Shown: piece by piece, positions 51,205 to 62,907 of the stretch | Layout: each line of letters opens with the position of its first letter | Position numbering within the stretch: the stretch's first letter is position 1 | From: Thermodesulfobacteriota bacterium | GTDB lineage: Bacteria; Desulfobacterota_D; UBA1144; Nemesobacterales; JAJCZQ01 | Assembly (NCBI GenBank): GCA_965215275.1 | Contig: OZ244044.1 | Span: 992,001-1,056,000, forward strand | Length of the DNA: 64,000 nucleotides | Reading direction: 5' to 3' | Position numbers and translations under genes: made by a program | The notes under the pieces: generated by a model | Told to the model about the DNA's origin: nothing | The model's input: only the letters and a program-made list of their open reading frames with translations | Database searches by the model: none

Positions 51205-52689
51205 GTGATCTATCCAAGCATTGATGAATTTAAGAAAAGCCTGGAACACGGCAATATGGTCCCCGTGTGGGAAGAGATACTTGCGGACTTCGACACGCCC
51301 GTCTCGGCTTTTAAAAAAATAGAGAACGGTAACTACTGCTTTCTTTTCGAAAGCGTGGAAGGTGGTGAGAAATGGGGGCAATACAGCTTTATCGGCTCGG
51401 AAGTATCCGTGATATTCAGATCAAAAGGGGAGAACATTGAAATAATCGAAAGCGGCAACGTCAGGAATATAAAAGGCAATCCGATAGATGAGCTGAGAGA
51501 ACTGCTTTCACGATACACGCCGGTCGAAAGTCCCTGCCTGCCCAGATTTCAGGGAGGAGCAGTGGGGTATTTCAGCTACGATATCGTAAGGTTCATAGAA
51601 AAACTTCCCGACGGTAACGAAGATGACCTGCAGCTCTGGGACTGTATTTACGTCATTACGGACACTATAGTTGCCTTTGATAATATTAACAATAAGATAA
51701 AAATAATTGCCAATGCGTTCGTTCCGGACAAAAAAGACGCCGACAAGGTATACAGCAGTTCCGTAGAAAAGATCAAAAGCATAAAGAACAGGCTGAGGGG
51801 GCCCCTGCTCGATAAAAACATCTATAACCGTCACGGCACCGACAATGATAACAGGACAGACCTGAGCTCTAACTTTGACAAGGAAGCATATAAAGAGGCA
51901 GTTGCAAAGACGAAAAAGTACATAGAGGCCGGAGATATTATCCAGTCAGTGATCTCTCAAAGATGGAACACCAGGCTTACGGTCGACCCGTTCGACCTTT
52001 ACAGATGCCTCAGGGTACTCAACCCATCGCCGTACATGTTCTATCTGAAGTTTGACGATCAGATCCTTGCAGGTTCATCTCCGGAAGTTATGGTCAGGGT
52101 AGAGGAAGGCAGAATAGAAAGCAGACCAATTGCCGGTACCCGTCCAAGGGGCAGGACCCCGGACGAAGATATGCACCTGTCGAAAGACCTGCTCTCGGAC
52201 CCCAAGGAACGGGCAGAGCACATCATGCTGGTTGACCTTGCAAGGAACGACCTGGGAAAGGTGGCTCAGGTGGGCAGCGTAGTGGTCGATGAGTTCATGA
52301 CGATCGAGAGATACTCTCACGTTATGCACATCGTCTCCAACGTGGTTGCCAGACTGGACACGGGTAAGGACTCGTTCGACGTGATAAAAGCAACCGTTCC
52401 GGCCGGAACCCTTTCCGGTGCACCTAAAATAAGGGCGATGGAAATAATAGATGAGATGGAAAACACAAGGAGAGGAGCATACGGAGGAACAGTTGGCTAC
52501 TTCAGCTTTTCAAGTAACATGGACAGTTGTATAGTTATCAGAACGTTCGTTATAAAGAACGGGAGGATATATATACAGTCAGGGGCAGGTATCGTGGCTG
52601 ATTCAGATCCGGAATCAGAGTATAATGAGACCGTGAACAAGATCAAGGCACTTGTCAAGGCAGTTGAGATGGCAAAGACAGGACTATAG
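51205..52689 (+). CDS. trpE: Anthranilate synthase component I
   Basis: ADFDTPVS, LFESVEGG, NPSPYM, GSSPE, PIAGTRPRG, KERAEHIMLVDL, GAGIVADS; GTG start at 51205. Confidence 0.93.
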   Translation: MIYPSIDEFKKSLEHGNMVPVWEEILADFDTPVSAFKKIENGNYCFLFESVEGGEKWGQYSFIGSEVSVIFRSKGENIEIIESGNVRNIKGNPIDELRELLSRYTPVESPCLPRFQGGAVGYFSYDIVRFIEKLPDGNEDDLQLWDCIYVITDTIVAFDNINNKIKIIANAFVPDKKDADKVYSSSVEKIKSIKNRLRGPLLDKNIYNRHGTDNDNRTDLSSNFDKEAYKEAVAKTKKYIEAGDIIQSVISQRWNTRLTVDPFDLYRCLRVLNPSPYMFYLKFDDQILAGSSPEVMVRVEEGRIESRPIAGTRPRGRTPDEDMHLSKDLLSDPKERAEHIMLVDLARNDLGKVAQVGSVVVDEFMTIERYSHVMHIVSNVVARLDTGKDSFDVIKATVPAGTLSGAPKIRAMEIIDEMENTRRGAYGGTVGYFSFSSNMDSCIVIRTFVIKNGRIYIQSGAGIVADSDPESEYNETVNKIKALVKAVEMAKTGL

Positions 52690-52696
52690 ACCAGAC

Positions 52697-53269
52697 ATGA
52701 TATTAATGATAGACAACTACGATTCGTTTACGTACAACCTGGTCCATTACTTTGGAGAACTGAACGAAGAGGTCAGAACGGTACGGAACGATAAAATAAC
52801 CATAGAAGATATTATCTCCCTTAACCCTGATATGATCGTCATTTCTCCAGGACCGTGCACGCCAAGGCAGGCGGGTATATCGGTAAACGTCATAAAGGAA
52901 CTGTCCTGCAGAAAGCCCATAATGGGGATCTGTCTCGGACATCAGTCCATTGCAGAGGCCTTCGGTGGCAGGATTGTAAGAGCAGACAGACTGGTACACG
53001 GAAAAACGTCACAGATATACCATAACGGAACGGGAATATTTAAAGATATACCAAACCCTTTTGAAGCAACCCGTTATCACTCTCTTATAATCGACAGGGC
53101 ATCTCTGCCGGAGCAGCTTGAAGTGACTGCCTGGACAGACGAAGATGAGATCATGGGAATAAAGCACAAGGAGCTTGCAGTTCAAGGAGTGCAGTTCCAT
53201 CCGGAGTCCGTTCTGACAAAACACGGCAGGGACATACTAAGTAACTTTTTAAAAATTACAAAAAACTGA
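52697..53269 (+). CDS. trpG: Anthranilate/aminodeoxychorismate synthase component II
   Basis: IDNYDSFTYN, SPGP, GICLGHQ, RYHSL, QFHPES. Confidence 0.92.
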   Translation: MILMIDNYDSFTYNLVHYFGELNEEVRTVRNDKITIEDIISLNPDMIVISPGPCTPRQAGISVNVIKELSCRKPIMGICLGHQSIAEAFGGRIVRADRLVHGKTSQIYHNGTGIFKDIPNPFEATRYHSLIIDRASLPEQLEVTAWTDEDEIMGIKHKELAVQGVQFHPESVLTKHGRDILSNFLKITKN

Positions 53270-53285
53270 TGAACGAGGTGTTTGT

Positions 53286-55010
53286 ATGAAACTGCTTTTC
53301 AGACCAAGGGACCCTAAATTCATAGGAGCAGGAAGTCTTCCTTTCGGGACTTTTGACGATACCGAAAAATGGAGGCCCATATACAGATATTTAGAACAGG
53401 GAGCGGAACTCTTCCCGGAGAAAAGACTTTTCAGTGTTGCAGACAGGGACGGGAACATAACTAAAAGTTACACCTACAGGGAATCCAACGTCCTGGCAAA
53501 CAGGATCTCAAACGGACTGATAGATAAATGCGGAGTTAAAAAAGGACAGACGGTGGGAATTTATATGCTCAACTCGTCCGAATTTGTCGTCTCCATACTT
53601 GCCATTCACAAGGCTGGCGGAGTTCAGGTGCCCATCAATAAGGACGAGAAAGGAGAAAGACTGGCTTATATAATCAACTATTCCGACCAGCGGGTGCTCC
53701 TGACGGACGTCGAAAGTTTTGAATTTATCAGAGAAATAGCAGATGACCTGAGCGGCTTAAAGTACATATTCGTGGCAGGGGAAGCCGAAGACCTTCCGTC
53801 AAGGCTGAACGATATCGAGGTACATCCCTTCTCGCTGCTGGACGATTTTTCAAACGACAACCCGGGCGTGGACGTCAGCGTGTCCGACGTGGAAAGATGC
53901 ATGTTCACCTCCGGCACCACGGGTATGCCAAAGGGAGTTTCAAGAAACCATGGCGGAGTGGTGCTTACGGTAAGGGCTTATATTCAGATGCACGGGGTCA
54001 GGGATCAGGATATCCTGATGTCCGTCTTATCGCTCGCACACGCAAACGCCCAGGTAATGTGCCTTTTAACCTCGATCGGAGCAGGCGCTTCCTGCGTGTT
54101 CTATCCGAGGTTCTCGGCCTCTAATTTCTGGAAGTGGGCTTTTGAATCCGGTGCTACCGTAACAAACATGCTCGGTTCGGTATCCGAGTACGTCTCCGCT
54201 GCACAGGAAAGCAAGTGGGATAAGAAGCACAGCGTACGGACCATACTTGCCGGACCCGCTCCGAAGAACAAACCGGAATTCGAGAAAAGATTCAACACAA
54301 GAGTGCTTGACGGATACGGCTCAACGGAAATGGGCATGGTCCTGTGGCAGTACCCTGAAGATCTCAGACCCGCTTCATCCGGATTTGTCACCGAAGGCTA
54401 CTACGTGGAGATCAGGGACCCGGAAAGAACGGATAAGGTCATAACAAAGATATGGAACTACGATGAGGAAGAAAACCCTCCCGAAGAGGCAAAAGGACTT
54501 CTGTTCATAAAACCTTTAATTCCGGATACAACCCTTAATGAATACTTTAAGGACGAAAAGCGCACCCGGGAGGCGTTTGACCCAGAGGGATTTTTCAATT
54601 CAGATGACCTTTTTATAAAAGGTATCGACGACAGATATTACTTCCAGGGCAGATACAGCAGAATAAGGGTTTCCGGAGAGAACGTGGATCCAAACGCCGT
54701 TGCGAACTACGCACTGCAGCACCCATCGGTGCAAGGTGCAGTGGCAGTGGGGATAAGACTGCCGAACATTTCAGATGACGAAATAAAGTTAAATCTCACC
54801 CTGAAAAAAGGGACGGAATTCGATAACGTTCAGTTCTGCACGTGGATGGCTGAAATAGTTCCAGTGTACATGGTTCCAAGGTTTATCGAGATATACGAAG
54901 AGTTCCCGCTTACCTCAACTCAGAAGGTAAGTATGGACTCCCTGAAAAAGATCACGGATGGTACGTGGGACAGGAACGCGTCCGGAGTTAAGTTCAAAAC
55001 GCGTAAATGA
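53286..55010 (+). CDS. AMP-binding acyl-CoA ligase (CaiC-like), paralog A
   Basis: FTSGTTGMPKG, YGSTE, RVSGENV. Confidence 0.88.
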   Translation: MKLLFRPRDPKFIGAGSLPFGTFDDTEKWRPIYRYLEQGAELFPEKRLFSVADRDGNITKSYTYRESNVLANRISNGLIDKCGVKKGQTVGIYMLNSSEFVVSILAIHKAGGVQVPINKDEKGERLAYIINYSDQRVLLTDVESFEFIREIADDLSGLKYIFVAGEAEDLPSRLNDIEVHPFSLLDDFSNDNPGVDVSVSDVERCMFTSGTTGMPKGVSRNHGGVVLTVRAYIQMHGVRDQDILMSVLSLAHANAQVMCLLTSIGAGASCVFYPRFSASNFWKWAFESGATVTNMLGSVSEYVSAAQESKWDKKHSVRTILAGPAPKNKPEFEKRFNTRVLDGYGSTEMGMVLWQYPEDLRPASSGFVTEGYYVEIRDPERTDKVITKIWNYDEEENPPEEAKGLLFIKPLIPDTTLNEYFKDEKRTREAFDPEGFFNSDDLFIKGIDDRYYFQGRYSRIRVSGENVDPNAVANYALQHPSVQGAVAVGIRLPNISDDEIKLNLTLKKGTEFDNVQFCTWMAEIVPVYMVPRFIEIYEEFPLTSTQKVSMDSLKKITDGTWDRNASGVKFKTRK

Positions 55011-55012
55011 CC

Positions 55013-55996
55013 CTACGTAACCGTAAGGTAGATAAATACCGCGTAGCAGACAAGAAGCAAAAGACCGTCAAATCTTGATATGACTTTACCTATATACATC
55101 AGTGGATAGATCAGAACGCTCAGTGCGATCATCACGGGCAGGTCGAACCTGATTACAGCAGGATTTACTTCAACCGCGTGTATCATCGTTACAAGTCCTA
55201 TTATTCCGAGATTAAAGATATTACTGCCTATTATATTTCCAACCACTATACCGTCCTGTTTTCTTATCACGGAGATCACGGTCGTTGCAAGCTCGGGCAG
55301 GGACGTACCAACGGCAATTACCGTTATACCTATAATGAGCTCGCTAAGTCCGAACGTTCTGGCAAATATTATCGCCTGATCGACCGTCAGACGGGCACCT
55401 AATAAAAGCAGTCCCAGTCCAAGAACTATGAAAAACAGCTGAAAAAGGTGCGGAGCTGCACCTTTCTTGTCCGGGAAACTGGAGTTTTCTGAAGAGGCGA
55501 TCTTTGAAGAGACAAAATATAGATAATAGATGTTTATTGCAATGAGAAGTGAGAAGAACAGCAGCCCCTCCATGAACCCTATATAGCCGTTCAGGCAGAT
55601 AATAAAAAAAAGAACGCTCATAAATATTAAAATGGGTACATGCGTCCTTAAAATGGATGCTTCGACCCTTATGGGACTTATAACTGAAGATATGCCAAGG
55701 ATTAACGCAATATTGGAGATATTACTCCCGATAATATTTCCAAGTGTTATATCACCTGAACCTTTTAACGCGGCCACAAGGCAGACAACGAACTCTGGCG
55801 AGGAAGTACCGAACGCCACAATGGTAAGTCCGACTATCATCGGATTTATTCCAATCCCCTTGGCAAACCTGGAAGAACCCCGCACCAGCATCTCTCCACC
55901 TATAAGCAGAATGGCCATTCCAGAGACAAATAAAGTTACATTGAGAAGTAAAGCTGAACTGATCATTTTAGGTATTAATTTCTGCGTGCAGTACAA
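55013..55996 (-). CDS. Calcium/sodium antiporter (YrbG-like)
   Basis: Two alpha repeats GTSSPE / GTSLPE and GNIIGSNI. Confidence 0.92.
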   Translation of the reverse strand: MYCTQKLIPKMISSALLLNVTLFVSGMAILLIGGEMLVRGSSRFAKGIGINPMIVGLTIVAFGTSSPEFVVCLVAALKGSGDITLGNIIGSNISNIALILGISSVISPIRVEASILRTHVPILIFMSVLFFIICLNGYIGFMEGLLFFSLLIAINIYYLYFVSSKIASSENSSFPDKKGAAPHLFQLFFIVLGLGLLLLGARLTVDQAIIFARTFGLSELIIGITVIAVGTSLPELATTVISVIRKQDGIVVGNIIGSNIFNLGIIGLVTMIHAVEVNPAVIRFDLPVMIALSVLIYPLMYIGKVISRFDGLLLLVCYAVFIYLTVT

Positions 55997-56068
55997 ATGT
56001 ATTTGGAAAGCTAATGTAATTGTTATATTCTTTTAATCAAATCCACAATTGAGGCCAGAAAACCTGCC

Positions 56069-58163
56069 GTGAATAAACATTTAAGAGAAAAGTTAGAAAA
56101 AATACTAAAGCGGGAAGAGATGTTTTTAGACGATGAGACCGCGGAGCTTGATTATATAAGGATCAAACACTCTGCGGATCAGAACGATGAGAAACTTCTC
56201 TCACTCCTGTATGACGATGAGGAATTGAGAGAAAAATTCTTTACCAAAATAAAGGATATATATGTTTTCAGCACTGATAACTTCAAATTTTTTCTGGATG
56301 AAAACAAGATAGATAACTCATACACACAACTTGCTAACAGAATTGGTCTTCATGATGGCAGTGAGTTTCTTAAAAACAGAAATGAGGTGGTGATCAATTT
56401 TCCATTTAAAGACTGTGTACTACAGGGCGGGCAAAGTGCTGAAGAAGGAATGGATACTTATTTTGAATATGAAGAAGAAAAGACAAAAGCCGTACAAGGT
56501 GAAAGAGTAACCGAACCATCAGGTTACAAAGAAAAAAACCACCCAAGAAAAGAGGTATTTTTCAACTCTGTTTTAGCCCACGATGAGATAGACAGGCTCT
56601 TTGATCCCAAGGCACTGGTAAACTGGAAAAAAGTTACCAAGGACGGGGCATTTTCCCCTTATATGAAAGAGCAGTCCGAAAGGATTGACGGGGGGGGGGA
56701 GAAGTCTTCGAACGAGATGAAGACGGAACGATCAAAGAGAATTTGATCATTAAGGGCAATAATTTACTCGCTTTACATAGTCTCAAAAAACAGTTCACCG
56801 GGAAAATCAAGTTAATATATATTGACCCGCCTTATAACACTGGAAACGACAGCTTTAAATACAACGATAGTTTCAATCACTCCACTTATCTGACCTTTAT
56901 GAAAAACAGGTTGGAGGTAGCAAGGGAATTATTAAAGGAGGATGGGGTGATCTTTGTACAATGCGATGATAACGAACAAGCGTATTTAAAGGTATTGATG
57001 GATGAAATATTTGGGAGAGAAAATATCAACAGCGTTATTTCAATAAAAGTAGCCTCAGAAAGTGGTGTTAAAGTCAATGCGAACAAACCCGTACGAGTAA
57101 AGGAGCATATTTTAGTTTTTACTAAAAGCCTTGATTTTAAGTACAAAAAGCAGTTTATTCCAATAAATTCTTTTGACAAAGCTTATTCTGACTACGTTGA
57201 AAATCCAAATGACGACCCTGATAAATGGATAATTGGAAATATAAAGACCGTTTACAGAAAAGAAAATGGTTTAGATACAAGAGCACCTGTTGCAGATGCT
57301 GATTTATATAGATTTCAAGTAAAAAACAAGGATAAAGTTTTTGCTCGTAAAGATATAAGCCAACCATTAAAAAAAAGGTTTGGAGATAATCCTAATCAAT
57401 TTATTATAGTGGAGAATAAGAATGGAACAAAGTCTATACTGTGGAAAAAAAGAGAAGTAGTGTTTTATTCCAGAAAAGTTCACACAGTTGATGGAGCCTT
57501 ATGTGGTACAAAATACTTAAGCGATATGTGGACAGACACAACTTGTGATGGCATTGCTAATGAAGGAAACGTTAAACTGAAAAGAGGCAAGAAACCAGAA
57601 AGATTATTAAAAAGGATTATAGAGATGAGCACAGAGAAAAATGACATTGTGCTGGATTTCTTTTCAGGCACTGGAACTACTTGTGCCGTTGCTCATAAAC
57701 TACACAGGCAGTATATCGGTATTGAGCAATTAGATTACGGAGAGAATGACAGTAAGGTCAGACTTCAAAACGTCATTAATGGGGACAGGACAGGTATCTC
57801 AAGATCTGTAAACTGGTTGGGGGGGGGTATTTCCTCTACTGTGAACTTGCCAAATGTAACGAACTGGCAAAAGAGCAAATCAACGCTTGTAACAATTTAG
57901 GCGAGTTAGAAATTTTCTTTGATGAAATGTATGAGAAGTATTTCCTAAACTACAACTTCAGAATCAAAGAATTCAGAGAGCAAGTCGTAGGGAAGGAAAA
58001 CTTTAAAAACCTATCTTTGGACAAACAAAAAAGAATGTTCCTCATCATGCTTGATCTCAATCAATTGTACATAAATAAAACAGAAATGGCCGATGAAAGG
58101 TTTGAGATTACTCAAACGGACCAGCAATTAACGGAAGAGTTTTATAATTCCCATAATAAATGA
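56069..58163 (+). CDS. mod: Type III R-M Mod subunit split into three ORFs by G10 and G9 tracts (phase-variable or sequencing error)
   Basis: Adding one G at 56690-56699 and one at 57819-57827 joins the three ORFs into one 698-aa frame; IYIDPPYN, LDFFSGTGTT. Confidence 0.88.
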
Positions 58164-60919
58164 CCATGGACAATACAGAAAATCTCTACAAAACGATAAA
58201 ACTGGAAAAAGAAGCCGTAAAAAAATTCCCCCCGGAAATTGTTGAAATCCCTGAGTATATTACAAACAACTTAAAGCACAGTTTTTTTGAGTGGCAAAAA
58301 GACGCTTTTGAAAATTTTTTGTACTACCAAAATACAAAATCAAAAGATTTAAAGTTACCTTCTCACCTCATGTTCAACATGGCAACGGGAACAGGAAAAA
58401 CCCTGCTTATGGCCGCCACCATTTTGTACTATTACAAGCAAGGGTACCGTCATTTTATTTTCTTTGTAAATCAAAAAAATATCGTTGACAAAACAGAAAA
58501 TAATTTTATTGACAGCACCCACACAAAATATTTATTTACTGGAAAGATCGTCATTGATGATAAAACGGTAAATATTAAAAAAGTAGAAACCTTTAGTGAT
58601 AAACCACAGGAAATAGAAATTAAATTTACCTCCATTCAAAAGCTCTATAACGATATTCACATAGAAAAAGAAAATCAGACCACTTTAGACGATCTGCACA
58701 GCAAGGATATAGTCATGCTGGCCGATGAAGCTCATCATCTCAATGTAAACACAAGAAAAGGACTACACTTGATACAAGAACTGAAAAATAATGCGGGCAA
58801 GGAAAAAATAGAAAGAAAAGGCTGGGAAGATACCGTTATAAAACTCATTTTGAATAAAAACGGCAAAACAGAAAACAATAAGAACGTTTTACTGGAGTTT
58901 ACGGCAACTATCCCGGCAACCGAAGCCGTTGCCAGAAAATACCAAGACAAGATCATCTATCAATTTGGCCTTAAAGAATTTTTAAAAGCGGGATACACAA
59001 AAGAAATAAACCTTATTTCGTCAACACTAGAAAAAAAGGAACGGATACTGCAAGCACTTCTTTTCCAATGGTACAGGCATCAAATCGCATTGAAAAATAA
59101 AATACCGAACTTTAAACCGGTAATTCTATTCAGAAGTAAAACCATTGAAGAATCAAAAAGGGACTATGAAGAATTTCTGACAATAATAAGAGATCTTGAG
59201 GAAAAAGATTTTAATTTCCTGAATGGTATTAAAGATAGATTTACCGAAAGTGAAAACACCTACGAACAAGGCAAATCAAGAGTGGTAGATTTAATTAAAC
59301 TTATTGAAAATACAGGTCTGTCTGATGTCATACACTTTATAAAAAGTAACTTTACTGAGCGACAGTGTATGATCACAAATTCAAAAACCAATAGGAATCA
59401 ACAGGAAAAAACCGATGAAAATCAGGAAAAACTGCTCAACAACCTTGAGGACAAAACCAATCACATACGAGCTATCTTTACAGTAAACAGACTGACCGAA
59501 GGCTGGGACGTGTTAAACCTGTTTGATATTGTGAGACTTTATGAAGGAAGAGATGAAAGCAAGGATAAAACAGGAAATCGCAAGGCTGGAAGTGCAACCG
59601 TGTCTGAAATTCAACTTATAGGAAGGGGAGTAAGGTATTTTCGTTTTGCTTATAAAGATAAAATCAAAAACAAAAGAAAGTTTGACGGTGACCTCGGTCA
59701 CGAATTAAGAGTATTAGAAGAACTTTACTTTCATTCAACAAACAATCACAGATACATTGATGAACTTAAAAGAGAATTAAAAAAAGAGGGTTACATTCCG
59801 GATAATAGAAAGATCAGGACTTTTGCTCTTAAAAAAGAATTTCAAGAGGACAATTTCTACAAAAATACAAAAATCTGGTACAACAAGCAAATTGATAATC
59901 CCGACAGAAAAAAGAAAACGCTGCAAGGTCTTAATACAGATTCCTTTGAACCATATAAAGCCAGAGGTCTTGAATTGAACGAGCAGGAAATAGACTTTGA
60001 AAGCGAAAAAGATCTACAAAGACTATACCTGCGAAAAAATGGACTAAAAACGATTGCACAAAAATTCAAAGACATTGAAAAACACATTTTTCAAAAAGCG
60101 GTCAATATAAAAGCAAATAATGAAAACTCGCTATATCGATTTGAAAACATAAAAGAAGAACTGGACATTAAAAGTATTGAAGAACTGCAAACGGATAAAC
60201 TGGCTGATCTTGATGTAAAGATGATCGTTAATAAAAATATGGATTATGACCACATAGATAACGCAGACAAACTTGCAGCAGTGATAAAGTTCCTAGATAA
60301 CGTTTTCGCACAGTTAAAAGAATCCATTACTCCCAAGATCGGGGATAAATTTATAGCCGATAAATTTGAAAAATTCTTTGCACTGCCAAAAACAAAAACC
60401 ATTCAAAAAGACTGTGAATCAGAAAAAATTGCCGAAGAACTGAAAAAGAAAAAATGGTACGTTTTAGACTCTTTCTATGGAACAAGTGAAGAAAAAGCAC
60501 TTATAGATTTTATTAAAGAAACGATTGGCAATCTAAAGGATAAATACAAAGAAGTGTACCTCTTGAGAAATGAAGAAGTTTATAAAATCTACGACTTTGA
60601 GAAAGGCAGGGGTTTTCAACCAGATTTTATCCTCTTTTTAAAAACGAATAAAAAAGAAGATATTGGCGACTTCAGAACAGAACTTTACTATCAAGTATTT
60701 ATCGAGCCGAAAGGCGGTCAATTTATTGGCGATAAGGGAACATTCAGATCAGGAAAAGAGGGATGGAAAGAAGAGTTCTTAAAGCAGATCACTGAAAAAT
60801 ACGGGTTTAATAACATTATAGAAGCAGAAAATCCCCATTATCGTTTAATTGGATTGCCATTCTTTAATAAAGACCACAATAATGAATTCTCCAGCGAATA
60901 CGAAAAATTGATAAATTAG
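58160..60919 (+). CDS. res: Type III R-M restriction (Res) subunit
   Basis: MATGTGKT, DEAHH, EFTAT, LTEGWD, QLIGRGVR, FQPDF...IEPKG. Confidence 0.92.
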   Translation: MTMDNTENLYKTIKLEKEAVKKFPPEIVEIPEYITNNLKHSFFEWQKDAFENFLYYQNTKSKDLKLPSHLMFNMATGTGKTLLMAATILYYYKQGYRHFIFFVNQKNIVDKTENNFIDSTHTKYLFTGKIVIDDKTVNIKKVETFSDKPQEIEIKFTSIQKLYNDIHIEKENQTTLDDLHSKDIVMLADEAHHLNVNTRKGLHLIQELKNNAGKEKIERKGWEDTVIKLILNKNGKTENNKNVLLEFTATIPATEAVARKYQDKIIYQFGLKEFLKAGYTKEINLISSTLEKKERILQALLFQWYRHQIALKNKIPNFKPVILFRSKTIEESKRDYEEFLTIIRDLEEKDFNFLNGIKDRFTESENTYEQGKSRVVDLIKLIENTGLSDVIHFIKSNFTERQCMITNSKTNRNQQEKTDENQEKLLNNLEDKTNHIRAIFTVNRLTEGWDVLNLFDIVRLYEGRDESKDKTGNRKAGSATVSEIQLIGRGVRYFRFAYKDKIKNKRKFDGDLGHELRVLEELYFHSTNNHRYIDELKRELKKEGYIPDNRKIRTFALKKEFQEDNFYKNTKIWYNKQIDNPDRKKKTLQGLNTDSFEPYKARGLELNEQEIDFESEKDLQRLYLRKNGLKTIAQKFKDIEKHIFQKAVNIKANNENSLYRFENIKEELDIKSIEELQTDKLADLDVKMIVNKNMDYDHIDNADKLAAVIKFLDNVFAQLKESITPKIGDKFIADKFEKFFALPKTKTIQKDCESEKIAEELKKKKWYVLDSFYGTSEEKALIDFIKETIGNLKDKYKEVYLLRNEEVYKIYDFEKGRGFQPDFILFLKTNKKEDIGDFRTELYYQVFIEPKGGQFIGDKGTFRSGKEGWKEEFLKQITEKYGFNNIIEAENPHYRLIGLPFFNKDHNNEFSSEYEKLIN

Positions 60920-61150
60920 CCTTTGTTAGATTTATTGAAGAACAAATTCCAAAAGTGGCTGACGGTCTTCAGACCGGCCAAAAGCAGTCCGGTTTTCGAA
61001 GTTCTTAAAGTTATTGAAATTCTTTTGCCCTTAATGTATACTGTTTCCTACTGAATTTAAGTTAGAGAGGTTGGGTATAACTTTCTTATTTTGTTTCAGC
61101 ATCAAACGTATTTCAGTAAATGAAATGTTTACTGAACAAGGAGGGATATA

Positions 61151-62872
61151 ATGGATCTACTATTCAAACCAAGAGACGTTAAATATACAGGTGACGGGGA
61201 ACTCCCATTTGGTAATTTTGAAAATACCCTTGAGTGGGAACCAATTACAAAATGCCTGGAAAAGGGAGCGGAAACGTTTCCGGAAAAACCGATGTTCAAA
61301 GTCGGAGATGGAGATGGGAATATAATAGAATCCTACACGTACAAGGAAACAAATGATTGGTCGAACAAGGTTGCCAACGGACTGATCGAAGACTTCGGGA
61401 TAAGCAAAGGTGATAAAGTCGGGATGTACATGCTTAACTGTTCTCAATACGTGGTCTCGATAATCGCCATACATAAAGCAGGAGCGGTGCAGGTACCTAT
61501 AAACAAGGACGAAAAAGGTGAGCGGCTTGCTTATGTAATCAACTACTCGGAGATGAGGTGCCTTATAATCGATGAAGGCAGTATAGAGTTCCTGTCCGAT
61601 ATAGCGGACAGTATAGACAACCTGGAATGCATCTTCGTAACTTCCGAGAAGGCACCGGCAAAGATAGGCAATATAAAGGTACTTCCGTTTTCGGAATTTG
61701 ATAAATATAAATCCGCCAATCCCGGCGTGGAGGTTTCCACATCGGATATGGAAAGATGCATGTTCACATCCGGAACCACGGGTATGCCCAAGGGAGTTGC
61801 ACGTGACCACGGCGGCGTGGTCATGACCGTGCGCAGCTACCTGCAGCAGCAGGGGATCAGAAGTGAAGACACTTTGATGAGCATATTGTCCCTTGGACAT
61901 GCAAATGCTCAGGTTATGTGTCTTTTCAGTTCCATGGGTGCAGGTGCAACCGCGATATTCTTCCCAAGGTTTTCCGCCTCCAATTTCTGGAAATGGGCTG
62001 CTAACTGCGGAGCCACCTGTGTGAATATGCTGGGCGCCGTGGCAGAATACCTGTGGGCTGCTCCCGAATCAGAATGGGACAATAAACACAAGATAAGGAT
62101 CATGCTCGGATCTCCCGCTCCAAGAAATCTGCCTGAGTTCCAGGAGAGGTTCGGAGTACGGGTAATAGACGGTTATGGTTCGACCGAAATGGGTATGGTC
62201 CTCTGGAAAGACCCCGAAGATCACAGACCGGGTTCTTCCGGATTTGTCATGGAGGGTTATTACACGGAACTCAGAAATCCAGACAACACGGACGAGGTCG
62301 TAAGACCTTTCTGGAACCCAAGCGACAATATAACTCCTCCGGACGATGCAAAAGGACTGCTGTTTATCAAACCCCTCGTTCCTCACACGACCCTGAACGA
62401 GTACTTTAAGGACGAGAGAAGAACAAGAGAAGCCTTTGATGACGAAGGGTTCTTTAATTCCGATGATATCTTTGCAAGAGGAATAGATGGAAGGTACTAC
62501 TTCGTGGGCAGGTTCAGCAGAATAAGGGTCTCTGGTGAAAACGTAGACCCGGTTGCCGTTCAGGACGTTGCAAACGAGTATCCCGCCATTCAGGAGGCGA
62601 TCGCCGTGGGGATCAGACTTCCAAACGTTTCCGACGATGAGATAAAGCTCTGTATAACCGTCAAGCAGGGTGATGACTTTGACCCGGTCGAGTTCTGCCA
62701 CTGGATGGCAGAAAGGGTAATGGTTGCCATGGTTCCAAGGTTTATCGAAATATATAAAGATGGTTTTCCAGTAACTGCAACGCAGAAGATCAAGGTTGCC
62801 GAGATCAAGGAAATTACCGACGAAACGTGGGACAGGAACAAAGCCGGGGTAAAGTTCAGCGCAAGAAAGTAA
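61151..62872 (+). CDS. AMP-binding acyl-CoA ligase (CaiC-like), paralog B
   Basis: FTSGTTGMPKG, YGSTE; colinear with and highly similar to 53286..55010. Confidence 0.88.
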   Translation: MDLLFKPRDVKYTGDGELPFGNFENTLEWEPITKCLEKGAETFPEKPMFKVGDGDGNIIESYTYKETNDWSNKVANGLIEDFGISKGDKVGMYMLNCSQYVVSIIAIHKAGAVQVPINKDEKGERLAYVINYSEMRCLIIDEGSIEFLSDIADSIDNLECIFVTSEKAPAKIGNIKVLPFSEFDKYKSANPGVEVSTSDMERCMFTSGTTGMPKGVARDHGGVVMTVRSYLQQQGIRSEDTLMSILSLGHANAQVMCLFSSMGAGATAIFFPRFSASNFWKWAANCGATCVNMLGAVAEYLWAAPESEWDNKHKIRIMLGSPAPRNLPEFQERFGVRVIDGYGSTEMGMVLWKDPEDHRPGSSGFVMEGYYTELRNPDNTDEVVRPFWNPSDNITPPDDAKGLLFIKPLVPHTTLNEYFKDERRTREAFDDEGFFNSDDIFARGIDGRYYFVGRFSRIRVSGENVDPVAVQDVANEYPAIQEAIAVGIRLPNVSDDEIKLCITVKQGDDFDPVEFCHWMAERVMVAMVPRFIEIYKDGFPVTATQKIKVAEIKEITDETWDRNKAGVKFSARK

Positions 62873-62907
62873 GTAAAGCAGATATTCAGGATCTGGATGA
62901 AAAATTC

